A DNA stretch of 64,000 nt, from NCBI GenBank assembly GCA_963721685.1, contig CAVRJJ010000001.1, positions 68,555-132,554 on the forward strand, written 5' to 3'. This stretch comes from an uncultured bacterium (lineage in GTDB: Bacteria; Patescibacteriota; Saccharimonadia; UBA4664; SCTI01). The translations under genes and the position numbers were made by a program. This document shows, piece after piece, positions 1 to 8,462 of this stretch; the stretch's first letter is position 1, and each line of letters opens with the position of its first letter. The notes under the pieces were generated by a model, which did not search any database, was not told where the DNA came from, and saw nothing but the letters and a program-made list of their open reading frames with translations.

Positions 1-1
1 T

Positions 2-256
2 GATATTAAGGACCAGACGAAAATATTCCACCGCTTCGCCCGCGTGTATAATCCTTTAAGCATTGCCCGGGGCGGAACCGGGTTGGGTTTGTATCTAACT
101 AGAAATATTATTGACTTGCATCACGGCTTGATCAGCATTGACTCTTCACCAGGGGCTGGTACGATATTTGATATCGACCTCCCCATTCAACCGTTGCCTT
201 CTGCAGCCACGTCTTCAACCCAAAACACCAATGCACCACTAAGGAGTGAAACATGA
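2..256 (+). CDS. Sensor histidine kinase, C-terminal HATPase_c fragment (5' end outside window)
   Basis: Frame open from base 2: KIFHRFARV (F box) ... GGTGLGLYLTRNIIDLHHG (G2 box) ... GAGTIFDIDLP. Confidence 0.9.
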   Translation, partial: DIKDQTKIFHRFARVYNPLSIARGGTGLGLYLTRNIIDLHHGLISIDSSPGAGTIFDIDLPIQPLPSAATSSTQNTNAPLRSET

Positions 257-1170
257 AAAAACATTTGCTTTTCTATGGCGCACTTGGAATTTTGTCGTGC
301 TGCTATCTTGCATTAACCATGACGTCCCCACTAGAGCAGGCGTCCCGAACCTTCCAGACTTCCAGCTTCCAGCTTAGGCTCATGCAGCTATCCATCGTGC
401 TTCCAGTGATTATTATTTGGTTTGTGGCACTATGGGGCTCGTTGCGGTTTAAGGATTATGCAAAGAGTATTATTTCTAGCAAAGATGGCAGCGCGCTTAA
501 CGTAGTGGCCAATGGGCTGTTGATTTTAGTGTTTGGATTAGCCGTGTCATCCACTTTGCAGTCAGTCCAACCTCATTTAAGGGGGTCACCAAGGTTTAAT
601 GAGGGGGTAATTATGCACAACTATCTAGACCTGTTCATTGTGCTCGTAGCGTTTGGCACGATATATAAGGGTGCCTGGAAACTGGTTTCGCTTGTAAAAT
701 TTAAAAATATTCGCGGAGCGCAGATAGGCGTAATTCTGGCAATAGTGGTTATCGGCATACTCTTCGCGTGGTTGCTTGCAATAAATCCCCATCGCCAGAC
801 CTCGCCGGACATTTCAAGGATAGTTCCTTATTATCTGCCCGATTGGCTGCTCATAACTACTTTGCTTTTACCTTATCTTGTTGCCTGGTTCTTAGGCTTT
901 ATGGCAGCCATATGTGTCCACCTTTATCAGAAGCACTCTGCCGGAATCATATACCGCCGCGCGGCCCAGCGGCTTTCGGTCGGCTTGCTTGGCATTGTGG
1001 GCTCATCGGTCTTAATTCAAGCTCTGGGGGCGATAGGCCCTTCATTAAGCCAGTTGAAATTGGCCGGTATTCTCGGGCTTCTCTACCTCCTCCTTATTGC
1101 TTACGGAGTTGGGCATGTATTGGTGGCTACTGGGGCCAAACAGCTAGCTAAGCTGGAAAAGGTGGGATAA
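253..1170 (+). CDS. Polytopic membrane protein (about 8 TM), unknown function, in signalling cluster
   Basis: 305-aa ORF with AAGGAG RBS, ATGA overlap with the kinase stop, repeated hydrophobic segments. Confidence 0.8.
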   Translation: MKKHLLFYGALGILSCCYLALTMTSPLEQASRTFQTSSFQLRLMQLSIVLPVIIIWFVALWGSLRFKDYAKSIISSKDGSALNVVANGLLILVFGLAVSSTLQSVQPHLRGSPRFNEGVIMHNYLDLFIVLVAFGTIYKGAWKLVSLVKFKNIRGAQIGVILAIVVIGILFAWLLAINPHRQTSPDISRIVPYYLPDWLLITTLLLPYLVAWFLGFMAAICVHLYQKHSAGIIYRRAAQRLSVGLLGIVGSSVLIQALGAIGPSLSQLKLAGILGLLYLLLIAYGVGHVLVATGAKQLAKLEKVG

Positions 1171-1173
1171 CCA

Positions 1174-1416
1174 ATGACGCCTGTACTTTATGATGCTATA
1201 GTTACTACTATTGAGTACTACCTTGGCCCGGCTTCGGATCGTTTCGTAAGCAGGCAAATTCGCTCTCATTTAGGTAAGGAACCGCATGAAATAGTACAAA
1301 AGGATATGCCGAAGCTTATTGAGTGGATTCAAGTGTCGATGGGACTCTTGACCGAAAATCGAAAAGACATTGACGAATGCAGCCGTAAACTAAAAAAACT
1401 TATACATGACAGCTAA
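1174..1416 (+). CDS. Small helical hypothetical protein (YLGPASDRF motif)
   Basis: 80-aa ORF tightly packed between the membrane protein and the response regulators. Confidence 0.75.
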   Translation: MTPVLYDAIVTTIEYYLGPASDRFVSRQIRSHLGKEPHEIVQKDMPKLIEWIQVSMGLLTENRKDIDECSRKLKKLIHDS

Positions 1417-1789
1417 AATTTCAGTTCTTATAATCGAAGACGATCCGATGTTACGAGACGCTTATGAAACCGTTCTAACGATAGACGGTTATGCCACGTC
1501 TGTCGCCGCCGAGGGTCAAGAAGGCTTGGATTTAGCGCGCAAGATTAAGCCTGACGTAATTTTGCTTGATATGTTGATGCCCACCATGAACGGGCTTGAG
1601 TTTTTAGAAAACTTTAAGGCAAAAACCGAGCACCCCAAAACAAAGATTATCGTATTTAGTAACATGTCGGTTCCCAGTGATGTGCGGGATGCCTTAACCT
1701 ATGGAGCAACGAAGTATTTAACGAAGTCGTCTTTTACTCCGCGGGAAATTGAAGATATTATTAAGGAAGTTTTAGCGGAAGAAGGTTAA
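1406..1789 (+). CDS. Stand-alone response regulator receiver (CheY-like)
   Basis: IIEDD, LLDMLMP phosphoacceptor Asp, FSN, LTK conserved Lys; no output domain. Confidence 0.93.
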   Translation: MTAKISVLIIEDDPMLRDAYETVLTIDGYATSVAAEGQEGLDLARKIKPDVILLDMLMPTMNGLEFLENFKAKTEHPKTKIIVFSNMSVPSDVRDALTYGATKYLTKSSFTPREIEDIIKEVLAEEG

Positions 1790-2167
1790 ATGAATAATTC
1801 AGAGATCATATATGTAATAGATGATGACACGGCACTCCGGACCGCCTACACCGCCGCGTTGAGCGGTATGGGATACACGGTAAAATCTGCCACCGACGGC
1901 TTAGAGGGAAAAAAACTGCTAGAGGAAGCAAAGCCGGCGCTCATCGTTCTGGATATGCTCATGCCCAACCAAGATGGCATGAGCTTTTTGAAGCAGCTGC
2001 GTAGCGATCCTAAAAATGACGGGATAAAAGTGGTTGTGGTAAGTAATTTTGAAGCAATGCCGGAATCAAATGACCTGCAAATCACTAAGTATATGTCTAA
2101 AATGCAGCACGTGCCGGACGAAGTGGCCGCGGCTGTAAACGGTATTTTAAAAGCGCAAAATGCATGA
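1790..2167 (+). CDS. Stand-alone response regulator receiver (CheY-like)
   Basis: VIDDD, VLDMLMPNQDG, VSN, MSK; no output domain. Confidence 0.92.
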   Translation: MNNSEIIYVIDDDTALRTAYTAALSGMGYTVKSATDGLEGKKLLEEAKPALIVLDMLMPNQDGMSFLKQLRSDPKNDGIKVVVVSNFEAMPESNDLQITKYMSKMQHVPDEVAAAVNGILKAQNA

Positions 2168-2529
2168 TCCGCGCGTTCCTACTGCGTTGGCTAATTAATT
2201 TATTAGGTTTATGGGCAGCCTCGCATGTGCTGAGCGGTGTCGATTATGGGAAAAATTTTGGCGTATTGATTGTTGGCGCGCTAATATTTTCGATCGTTAA
2301 TGCTGTGATTCGGCCGCTTATAATTATCTTAGCCCTCCCTGCTATCTTATTGACTCTGGGCTTATTCACCTTTATAGTAAACGGGTTTATGTTATACCTG
2401 GTGACGCTGATCTATCCGGCGTTGAGCATCACTTCATTCTGGCAAGCAGTTTGGGCGGTTCTTATCATCTGGCTCGTAAACTACTTACTCACCAATATTA
2501 TGGAAGGGTCCCGTGAAAAGCCTATTTAA
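2164..2529 (+). CDS. Phage holin family / YvlD (DUF360) 4-TM membrane protein
   Basis: NAVIRPLIIILALPAILLTLGLFTFIVNG signature. Confidence 0.88.
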   Translation: MIRAFLLRWLINLLGLWAASHVLSGVDYGKNFGVLIVGALIFSIVNAVIRPLIIILALPAILLTLGLFTFIVNGFMLYLVTLIYPALSITSFWQAVWAVLIIWLVNYLLTNIMEGSREKPI

Positions 2530-2734
2530 TTACATAACGGTTATTACCGCGATCATCATTATAACTACCGTGCTCCTGCAATCCCGCGGATCAAGCTTAG
2601 GCGCGTCCATGGGCGGGGGTGAAAGCGAAGGGTACCGTTCTCGGCGCGGAGCGGAGCAAGGCGTTTACTACACTACCATTGGCGCGGGCTTTATTTTCGT
2701 GCTATCGGTAATTCTCAGCATTTTATCCAAATAA
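2513..2734 (+). CDS. secG: Preprotein translocase subunit SecG
   Basis: Two TM helices with VLLQSRGSSLGASMGG loop and RRGAE motif. Confidence 0.9.
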   Translation: MKSLFNYITVITAIIIITTVLLQSRGSSLGASMGGGESEGYRSRRGAEQGVYYTTIGAGFIFVLSVILSILSK

Positions 2735-2749
2735 GGCTAATGAAATAAG

Positions 2750-4507
2750 ATGATCACCTATCTCCGTTTTCGTCTGCAACGCAACTTACGCCGGGTGCAG
2801 CGTAATGTGAGGCGCTTGTGGTATATGGGCAAGCGTTATATTAGGTTTGGGTTCTGGGGTAAATGGCGGCAGCTTACCATGATCCGACGGTTTGCCCTGG
2901 GTTGGTGGTTCGTAGTGATTGCCCTGGGCCTGGGGCTTGCACTGCAAACAAGCTCGATTCGCCAACGCGGGCTAGTAGCCCAGCCCCAAGCGGGCGGGAG
3001 CTATAGCGAGGCGGTGGTAGGCACAATTAAAAACTTGAATCCGGTGTTGCCTGAAGGCGGGGCCAGCGCCGATGCCAACCATCTTATTTTTAGCGGCCTA
3101 ACACGCACTACGGCCGAGGGAAAGCTGGAGCCTGATATTGCCGAAAGCTGGGACATTAGTCCGGACGGTAAGATCTATACTTTCCACTTGCGTAAGGACG
3201 TGCGTTTTCATGACGGTGTACCGGCAACCGCGCAAGATGTGGTTTTTACGCTTACGGCTATTCAAAACCCGGATACCCGCTCTGCCCTGGCTGCCAGCTG
3301 GCAGGGGGTGAAGGTTGCCGCCCCGGATGACCATACGGCTGTGTTTACCTTGCCAAAGGCTTATACCCCTTTTATTAACGCTACTACGGTGGGGCTTCTC
3401 CCGCGCCACCTTCTTGAAAACACCGAGCCAAAAAACTTAAGGGTGGTGGAGTTTAACCAAAAGCCGGTCGGTACCGGCCCCTACAAGCTATCGACCTTCG
3501 ATTCAACGTCCGGTGAAATTAACCTGACTGCAAACACCGCTTATTATCACGCGAAACCGCTGATCGCCAACATTACTCTTCGTCTTTATAGTGACTATGA
3601 CAAGGCCTTAGATGCCTATAAGCATCGTCAAGTGCTGGGCGTAGGGCGTTTGCAGCCGGATCAAATGAATGAGGCGGCCAAGTTGGGGACCTTATCGCTC
3701 TACCGGGCAAGCGTGCCTAACGCGGTAGGGGTATTTTTTAAGACAACTTCGCCGGTCCTTCAAGACAAGGCGGTGCGCCTAGGGCTCGCCCAGGCAACTG
3801 ATCGCGGGGCAATCGTAAAAAAGCAATTCCACAATGAGGCGTCACCATTGACCGGACCGCTTCTTAGTACCGGGTTAAATATGGCGGGAGCCGCCCACCA
3901 GCCGGCTTTCAACCTTAAGCAGGCGCAAACGACACTGGAGTCAGCTGGGTGGAAAGAGGGCCGGGGCGGCATCCGTGCCAAGAATGGTAAGTCGTTAAAA
4001 ATTAAGTTGGTTACCCAAGCAAACAGTCCTTATTCTCCTGTAGCCAAAGAGCTGGCCAAACAGTGGAAGCGCGTCGGGGCCGACCTCGACATAACTGAAG
4101 TCGGTCCGGATAAGTTACAGCAAAGCTATATTCGCCCGCGGAATTACGACGCGCTTTTGTACGGCATTAATTTAGGGGCAGACCCTGACGTTTACGCTTA
4201 CTGGAGCTCCTCGCAAATCAAGGATCCGGGACTTAATATCTCGGCTTACAGCTCGAAACAGGCAGACGCGGCGCTGGAAAGCGGGCGCATCTTGCGCGAC
4301 CCCGCCTTAAGGGCAGCAAAATACCGCAGTTTTATTCAAGCCTGGGTGAATGATACGCCGGCGGTCATGCTGTATACACCAAGTTATGAGTACGGGGTTG
4401 ATAGTTCGGTTTACGGCGTCTCTATCCGCAAGCTCATAAGCCCTTCCGACCGGTTTACCGGGATTGAGAAATGGTCGGTTAATGTGCGCGAAGTGCCTCG
4501 CCGCTAG
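2750..4507 (+). CDS. ABC transporter peptide-binding protein (OppA/DppA family 5) with N-terminal membrane anchor
   Basis: PDIAESWDISPDGKIYTFHLRKDVRFHDG, PVGTGPYK motifs. Confidence 0.92.
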   Translation: MITYLRFRLQRNLRRVQRNVRRLWYMGKRYIRFGFWGKWRQLTMIRRFALGWWFVVIALGLGLALQTSSIRQRGLVAQPQAGGSYSEAVVGTIKNLNPVLPEGGASADANHLIFSGLTRTTAEGKLEPDIAESWDISPDGKIYTFHLRKDVRFHDGVPATAQDVVFTLTAIQNPDTRSALAASWQGVKVAAPDDHTAVFTLPKAYTPFINATTVGLLPRHLLENTEPKNLRVVEFNQKPVGTGPYKLSTFDSTSGEINLTANTAYYHAKPLIANITLRLYSDYDKALDAYKHRQVLGVGRLQPDQMNEAAKLGTLSLYRASVPNAVGVFFKTTSPVLQDKAVRLGLAQATDRGAIVKKQFHNEASPLTGPLLSTGLNMAGAAHQPAFNLKQAQTTLESAGWKEGRGGIRAKNGKSLKIKLVTQANSPYSPVAKELAKQWKRVGADLDITEVGPDKLQQSYIRPRNYDALLYGINLGADPDVYAYWSSSQIKDPGLNISAYSSKQADAALESGRILRDPALRAAKYRSFIQAWVNDTPAVMLYTPSYEYGVDSSVYGVSIRKLISPSDRFTGIEKWSVNVREVPRR

Positions 4508-4523
4508 CATAGGGGCTACGTCG

Positions 4524-4609
4524 GCTTACCGGGTAGAAACTTTTCTGAGCATGGTCACCAAGGCTTACGCCGGGTGACGACATGCCACAAAAGTTCTACC
4601 GCGGCGCGC
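4524..4609. repeat. Dispersed 86-bp imperfect palindrome, copy A
   Basis: Ungapped match (76/86 by manual alignment) to the reverse complement of 44249-44334; GGTAG...CTACC arms. Confidence 0.85.
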
Positions 4610-4669
4610 CTGCGCAGCCTTTCAAAAAGGTCAAAACCAAGCTATAGTTTATCAGTCAACTTGTATCCC

Positions 4670-4755
4670 GGGCGAGTGGTGAAATGGTAGACACGCTAGA
4701 TTCAGGTTCTAGTGAGCGCAAGCTCGTGGAGGTTCAAGTCCTCTCTCGCCCACCA
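4670..4755 (+). tRNA. tRNA-Leu(CAG)
   Basis: GGGCGAG/CTCGCCC acceptor stem, CTAGA-TTCAGGT-TCTAG anticodon arm, long variable arm, encoded CCA. Confidence 0.96.
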
Positions 4756-4767
4756 ATGCACTTATAG

Positions 4768-5622
4768 CTAATCAACAATTTTAGTGTAGGCGCGGGGTTT
4801 ACGGTAAGCGTTACCCCAAATTTGTCGCTTTCGCCAGAGACGAATTGACTTCATGTCGAATTCGGCATAATAAATACCTTCCCGACCATCAGCCTGAACC
4901 AGGCGGTTATCTCTATCATTTTGGCCTTCATCTTCAGTTACTGGGCTGAAAGCCACCGAATGGCCGTTATATTTGGGGAGAGGATAGTTTGCCATTGCGA
5001 CGCCAACCATATTTTCAAATGCCCTTGTGGAAAACTGTTGCAGCTGGGCCTTCCTAAGATTGCTAGCATTGGGGACAATAATAATCTCTGCGCCTTTCAG
5101 CATGAGAATACGGGCACTTTCAGGCTGCTCTCGGTCAAAGCAAATCATGGCGCCGATTTTGATTTCTCCAGCGGCGGTATCAAGAGCAGCAACCTCAAAC
5201 CGCGTTCCTGGCTCTAATAAAATTTCATCACCGAAATCACAGGTATGGACTTTGGAATAGTGGAGGCGCTCCTTGCCGTGGCGATCAAAAACGGTTACCG
5301 AGTTTTTTGGCATCGCCCTTCCGCAATCTTCGAGATAAGTGGCAGCGATAGCAATATTAAGGCTTTTGGCCAGCTTTCCAAATGACCGGACATAGTAACT
5401 AGTGCGGGCAACAGCCAGACGGTTCCATTTCTGGATATCGTGTTGATTCTGAGAGGGGGGAAACGTATAGCCGATATTCCAGAGCTCGGGAAACAGCACT
5501 ATGTCGACGTTTTTCCCAGCAGCTTCTTTGCAGCGCTCCAAAGCCATATCCTCTGCTTCCTTGAAAGTACGGGGAGGAGCAATTTGAAGAAGAGCAATTT
5601 TCACGGATTCCTTCATAGCCAT
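4768..5622 (-). CDS. Carbon-nitrogen hydrolase (nitrilase superfamily)
   Basis: Catalytic triad contexts LFPELW, YSKVH, MICFD. Confidence 0.92.
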   Translation of the reverse strand: MAMKESVKIALLQIAPPRTFKEAEDMALERCKEAAGKNVDIVLFPELWNIGYTFPPSQNQHDIQKWNRLAVARTSYYVRSFGKLAKSLNIAIAATYLEDCGRAMPKNSVTVFDRHGKERLHYSKVHTCDFGDEILLEPGTRFEVAALDTAAGEIKIGAMICFDREQPESARILMLKGAEIIIVPNASNLRKAQLQQFSTRAFENMVGVAMANYPLPKYNGHSVAFSPVTEDEGQNDRDNRLVQADGREGIYYAEFDMKSIRLWRKRQIWGNAYRKPRAYTKIVD

Positions 5623-5681
5623 TAGTATAGTACGTAAATGCTACAATCGAAGTATGCTACTTGTTAGATCGGAGCACTATT

Positions 5682-6416
5682 ATGGATGAATCAACAAAAG
5701 GGGACTTCTCCGGGTTAAAAGCCCTATTTATTAATTGCACTTTAACGAAGTCGCCGGCTAAGAGCCACACTGAGCTGCTGGTAAATATCAGCCGCGGCAT
5801 TATGGAAAAACAGGGCGTGGCGGTGGACTACATCCGGGCGGTGGACCATGATATTGCCACAGGGGTATATGGAGATATGCGTGAACACGGTTGGAAAACC
5901 GACGAATGGCCGGAAATTTATAACCAAGTCCTGGCGGCCGATATTCTGGTGTTGGCGGGGCCGATTTGGTTGGGTGATAACAGCTCGCAAATGAAAAAAG
6001 TAATTGAACGGCTGTATGCTACTTCCGGCGATTTGAATAAGAGGGGACAATGGATTTATTACGGGCGAGTTGGTGGCTGCTTAATTACCGGTAATGAAGA
6101 TGGCATTAAGCATTGTGCTTCGAATGTCTTGTACAGCTTGCAGCACCTGGGATACGCTATTCCGCCGCAAGCCGATGCCGGTTGGATTGGAGAGGCCGGC
6201 CCGGGCCCCAGCTATGGCGACAAGGAGGAGAACGGCGGCACTGCCGGCGTGGATAACGATTTTACCAACCGTAATACCACCTTTATGACCTGGAACTTAA
6301 TGCATCTGGCCAAGATGATGAAAGATACTGGCGGCTTTCCGGCCTATGGCAATCAACGCAAAGCTTGGGACGCGGGGACTCGCTTTGATTTTGAAAATCC
6401 GGAGTACCGCTCCTGA
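5682..6416 (+). CDS. Flavodoxin family / NADPH-dependent FMN reductase-like protein
   Basis: NCTLTKSPAKSHT, ADILVLAGPIWLG motifs; GGAG RBS before ATG 5682. Confidence 0.88.
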   Translation: MDESTKGDFSGLKALFINCTLTKSPAKSHTELLVNISRGIMEKQGVAVDYIRAVDHDIATGVYGDMREHGWKTDEWPEIYNQVLAADILVLAGPIWLGDNSSQMKKVIERLYATSGDLNKRGQWIYYGRVGGCLITGNEDGIKHCASNVLYSLQHLGYAIPPQADAGWIGEAGPGPSYGDKEENGGTAGVDNDFTNRNTTFMTWNLMHLAKMMKDTGGFPAYGNQRKAWDAGTRFDFENPEYRS

Positions 6417-7027
6417 ACCGTATCGGCTTAATTTCTGGCACTTTCAACCCTATCCACCATGGGCACTTATGGCTAGCCGAAGAGGCTTTGAATCAGTTGG
6501 GGTTGGAAGAGGTGTTGATTTTAATTGACGCCCAACCCAACCATAAAACCGACGTGATTGATTTTAGCCATCGGTTGGAGATGGCGCGTTTGGGAGCACA
6601 GGCGCGCCCAAAGATTCACGCCGATAAGCTGCCGTTGCAACGCCAGGTGCGCAACCACGACCTCGCCTCAATCCAGGAGCTGAAGCAGTTTTATCCCAAT
6701 ACAGAGCTATTTTTGCTGATGGGGGATGATACCTTCGCGACCCTTGAGCGTTGGGATAATATTGAAGAATTACTGCAGCTGCTGTCTTTTGGTGTGGCAC
6801 GGCGGAGTGGCAGTCACGAAATCACAAAAGCGGAGCTTCGTCATCGGTTTGGTCGCCTGGCCCCGGTGTTGCGCTATGAAACCTTAACAATGCCGCTTGT
6901 CGGCATTTCCTCATCCTTGATCCGTAAAGCCGTGGGTATATCTGCCAAGGTTGAGGGTTTGCCTCCGGCGGTTTCAGAATACATAAAAAATAATCGTTTG
7001 TATGATAGCGCTCGTGCTGTTTATTAG
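6413..7027 (+). CDS. nadD: Nicotinate-nucleotide adenylyltransferase; probable CTG start
   Basis: Frame upstream of the ORF-track start reads LNRIGLISGTFNPIHHGHLWLAE; also LLMGDD and ISSSLIR motifs. Confidence 0.82.
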   Translation: MNRIGLISGTFNPIHHGHLWLAEEALNQLGLEEVLILIDAQPNHKTDVIDFSHRLEMARLGAQARPKIHADKLPLQRQVRNHDLASIQELKQFYPNTELFLLMGDDTFATLERWDNIEELLQLLSFGVARRSGSHEITKAELRHRFGRLAPVLRYETLTMPLVGISSSLIRKAVGISAKVEGLPPAVSEYIKNNRLYDSARAVY

Positions 7028-7052
7028 GCGTAAAATATTATAGAATAAAGGT

Positions 7053-8447
7053 ATGATACACCGTGAACTGCATGAGAAATGTGCAGTATTTGCTATTTTT
7101 GAGCCAGACCAACAGGTCGCCCATAAAGTCTATTACGGATTGTACGCGCTGCAGCATCGGGGCCAGGAAAGCTCAGGAATCGTTACCGGAGACGGTAAGC
7201 AGTTTTACCGTCATCGCGAGCAGGGTCTTGTAGCCCAAGTCTACGATGACAAAGATCTTGAAGTCCTTCACGGCGGCATGGCGATTGGGCACAATCGCTA
7301 TTCAACGTCCGGCGGTACGTCGGCCAATCATGGTCAACCGGTGCTGCATCCTGAGGCGGGCGTGGCCTTTGCCCATAACGGGAATTTGCCCAGCACCCAG
7401 GCTCTTGAGGATTTCCTGGACAAGCACGGCATTGAGCACAGTGAAAGTAATGATTCGGAAATGATGGCCGCTTCCCTGAACTACTATGTGGGCAACGGTA
7501 TGGACTTGGCCAACGCGGTGGAACGGTGTTATAAGTATTTCACCGGTGCGTTTTCGTGTGTTGCCATGAGCCACGACCAGATTGTAGCCTTCCGCGACCC
7601 TTGCGGAATCCGGCCGCTGAGTGTAGGCAAGACGGAGTTTGGATGGGTAGTGGCATCGGAAACCTGCGCCTTTGACACAATTGGCGCCGGGCTGCTGCGG
7701 GATATTAACGCCGGCGAAATGATTATTCTGGATAAGCATGGCCTGCGCTCCCGCCAGCTGGTAGAACCTAACCCTAAACTCGATATTTTCGAGTTTATTT
7801 ATTTTGCCCGTCCCGACAGCCTGCTGATGGGGCAACGTGTCGGCGAAGTCCGCCGGGCTTTGGGCGCGCAGTTAGCCAAAGAGCATCCCCTGGAAGCTGA
7901 TGTGGTAATCCCCATGCCGGACTCGGCAATTCCGGCGGCTCTAGGTTACGCCCAAGCCAGCGGTATCCCCTTCGACCATGCACTTATTAAAAACCGTTAT
8001 ATCCATCGCACCTTTATTCAGCCAAACGACCAGGTCCGCAACCAGGACCTTCAACTAAAGCTTAACCCGGTGCCTGAAGCGCTGATGGGCAAGCGGGTAG
8101 TGGTGGTTGACGACTCCATTGTGCGCGGAACCACAACCCGTAAAATGATTAAAATGCTTTATGGTGCTGGTGCTAAAACGGTCTCGGTGCTTATTAGCTC
8201 CCCGCCGGTAAAGTATCCTGATTTCTATGGTATCGATACCCCGCGCCAGGCTGATTTAATAGCTGCCCAAATGTCGGTACCGGAAATCCAAGCCGATATT
8301 GGCTGCGAATACCTCGGCTACTTATCGTTTGAGGGAATGTTAAAAGCCACCAACATCAATCCGAACCATCTTTCTACTTCCTGCTTTAGCGGCATCTATC
8401 CTATCAACATTCGTGAACGAGCCAAAGAAATTACCCATATCGCTTAA
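7053..8447 (+). CDS. purF: Amidophosphoribosyltransferase
   Basis: Propeptide then EKCAVF, LQHRGQES, GHNRYSTSG, AHNGN, VVVDDSIVRGTT. Confidence 0.96.
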   Translation: MIHRELHEKCAVFAIFEPDQQVAHKVYYGLYALQHRGQESSGIVTGDGKQFYRHREQGLVAQVYDDKDLEVLHGGMAIGHNRYSTSGGTSANHGQPVLHPEAGVAFAHNGNLPSTQALEDFLDKHGIEHSESNDSEMMAASLNYYVGNGMDLANAVERCYKYFTGAFSCVAMSHDQIVAFRDPCGIRPLSVGKTEFGWVVASETCAFDTIGAGLLRDINAGEMIILDKHGLRSRQLVEPNPKLDIFEFIYFARPDSLLMGQRVGEVRRALGAQLAKEHPLEADVVIPMPDSAIPAALGYAQASGIPFDHALIKNRYIHRTFIQPNDQVRNQDLQLKLNPVPEALMGKRVVVVDDSIVRGTTTRKMIKMLYGAGAKTVSVLISSPPVKYPDFYGIDTPRQADLIAAQMSVPEIQADIGCEYLGYLSFEGMLKATNINPNHLSTSCFSGIYPINIRERAKEITHIA

Positions 8448-8462
8448 CCCTCGCGAGCTATT

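Noticed and set aside
2164-2529. Holin as evidence of a prophage
   Set aside because: The YvlD/DUF360 family is commonly chromosomal; it lies next to secG with no phage genes around.
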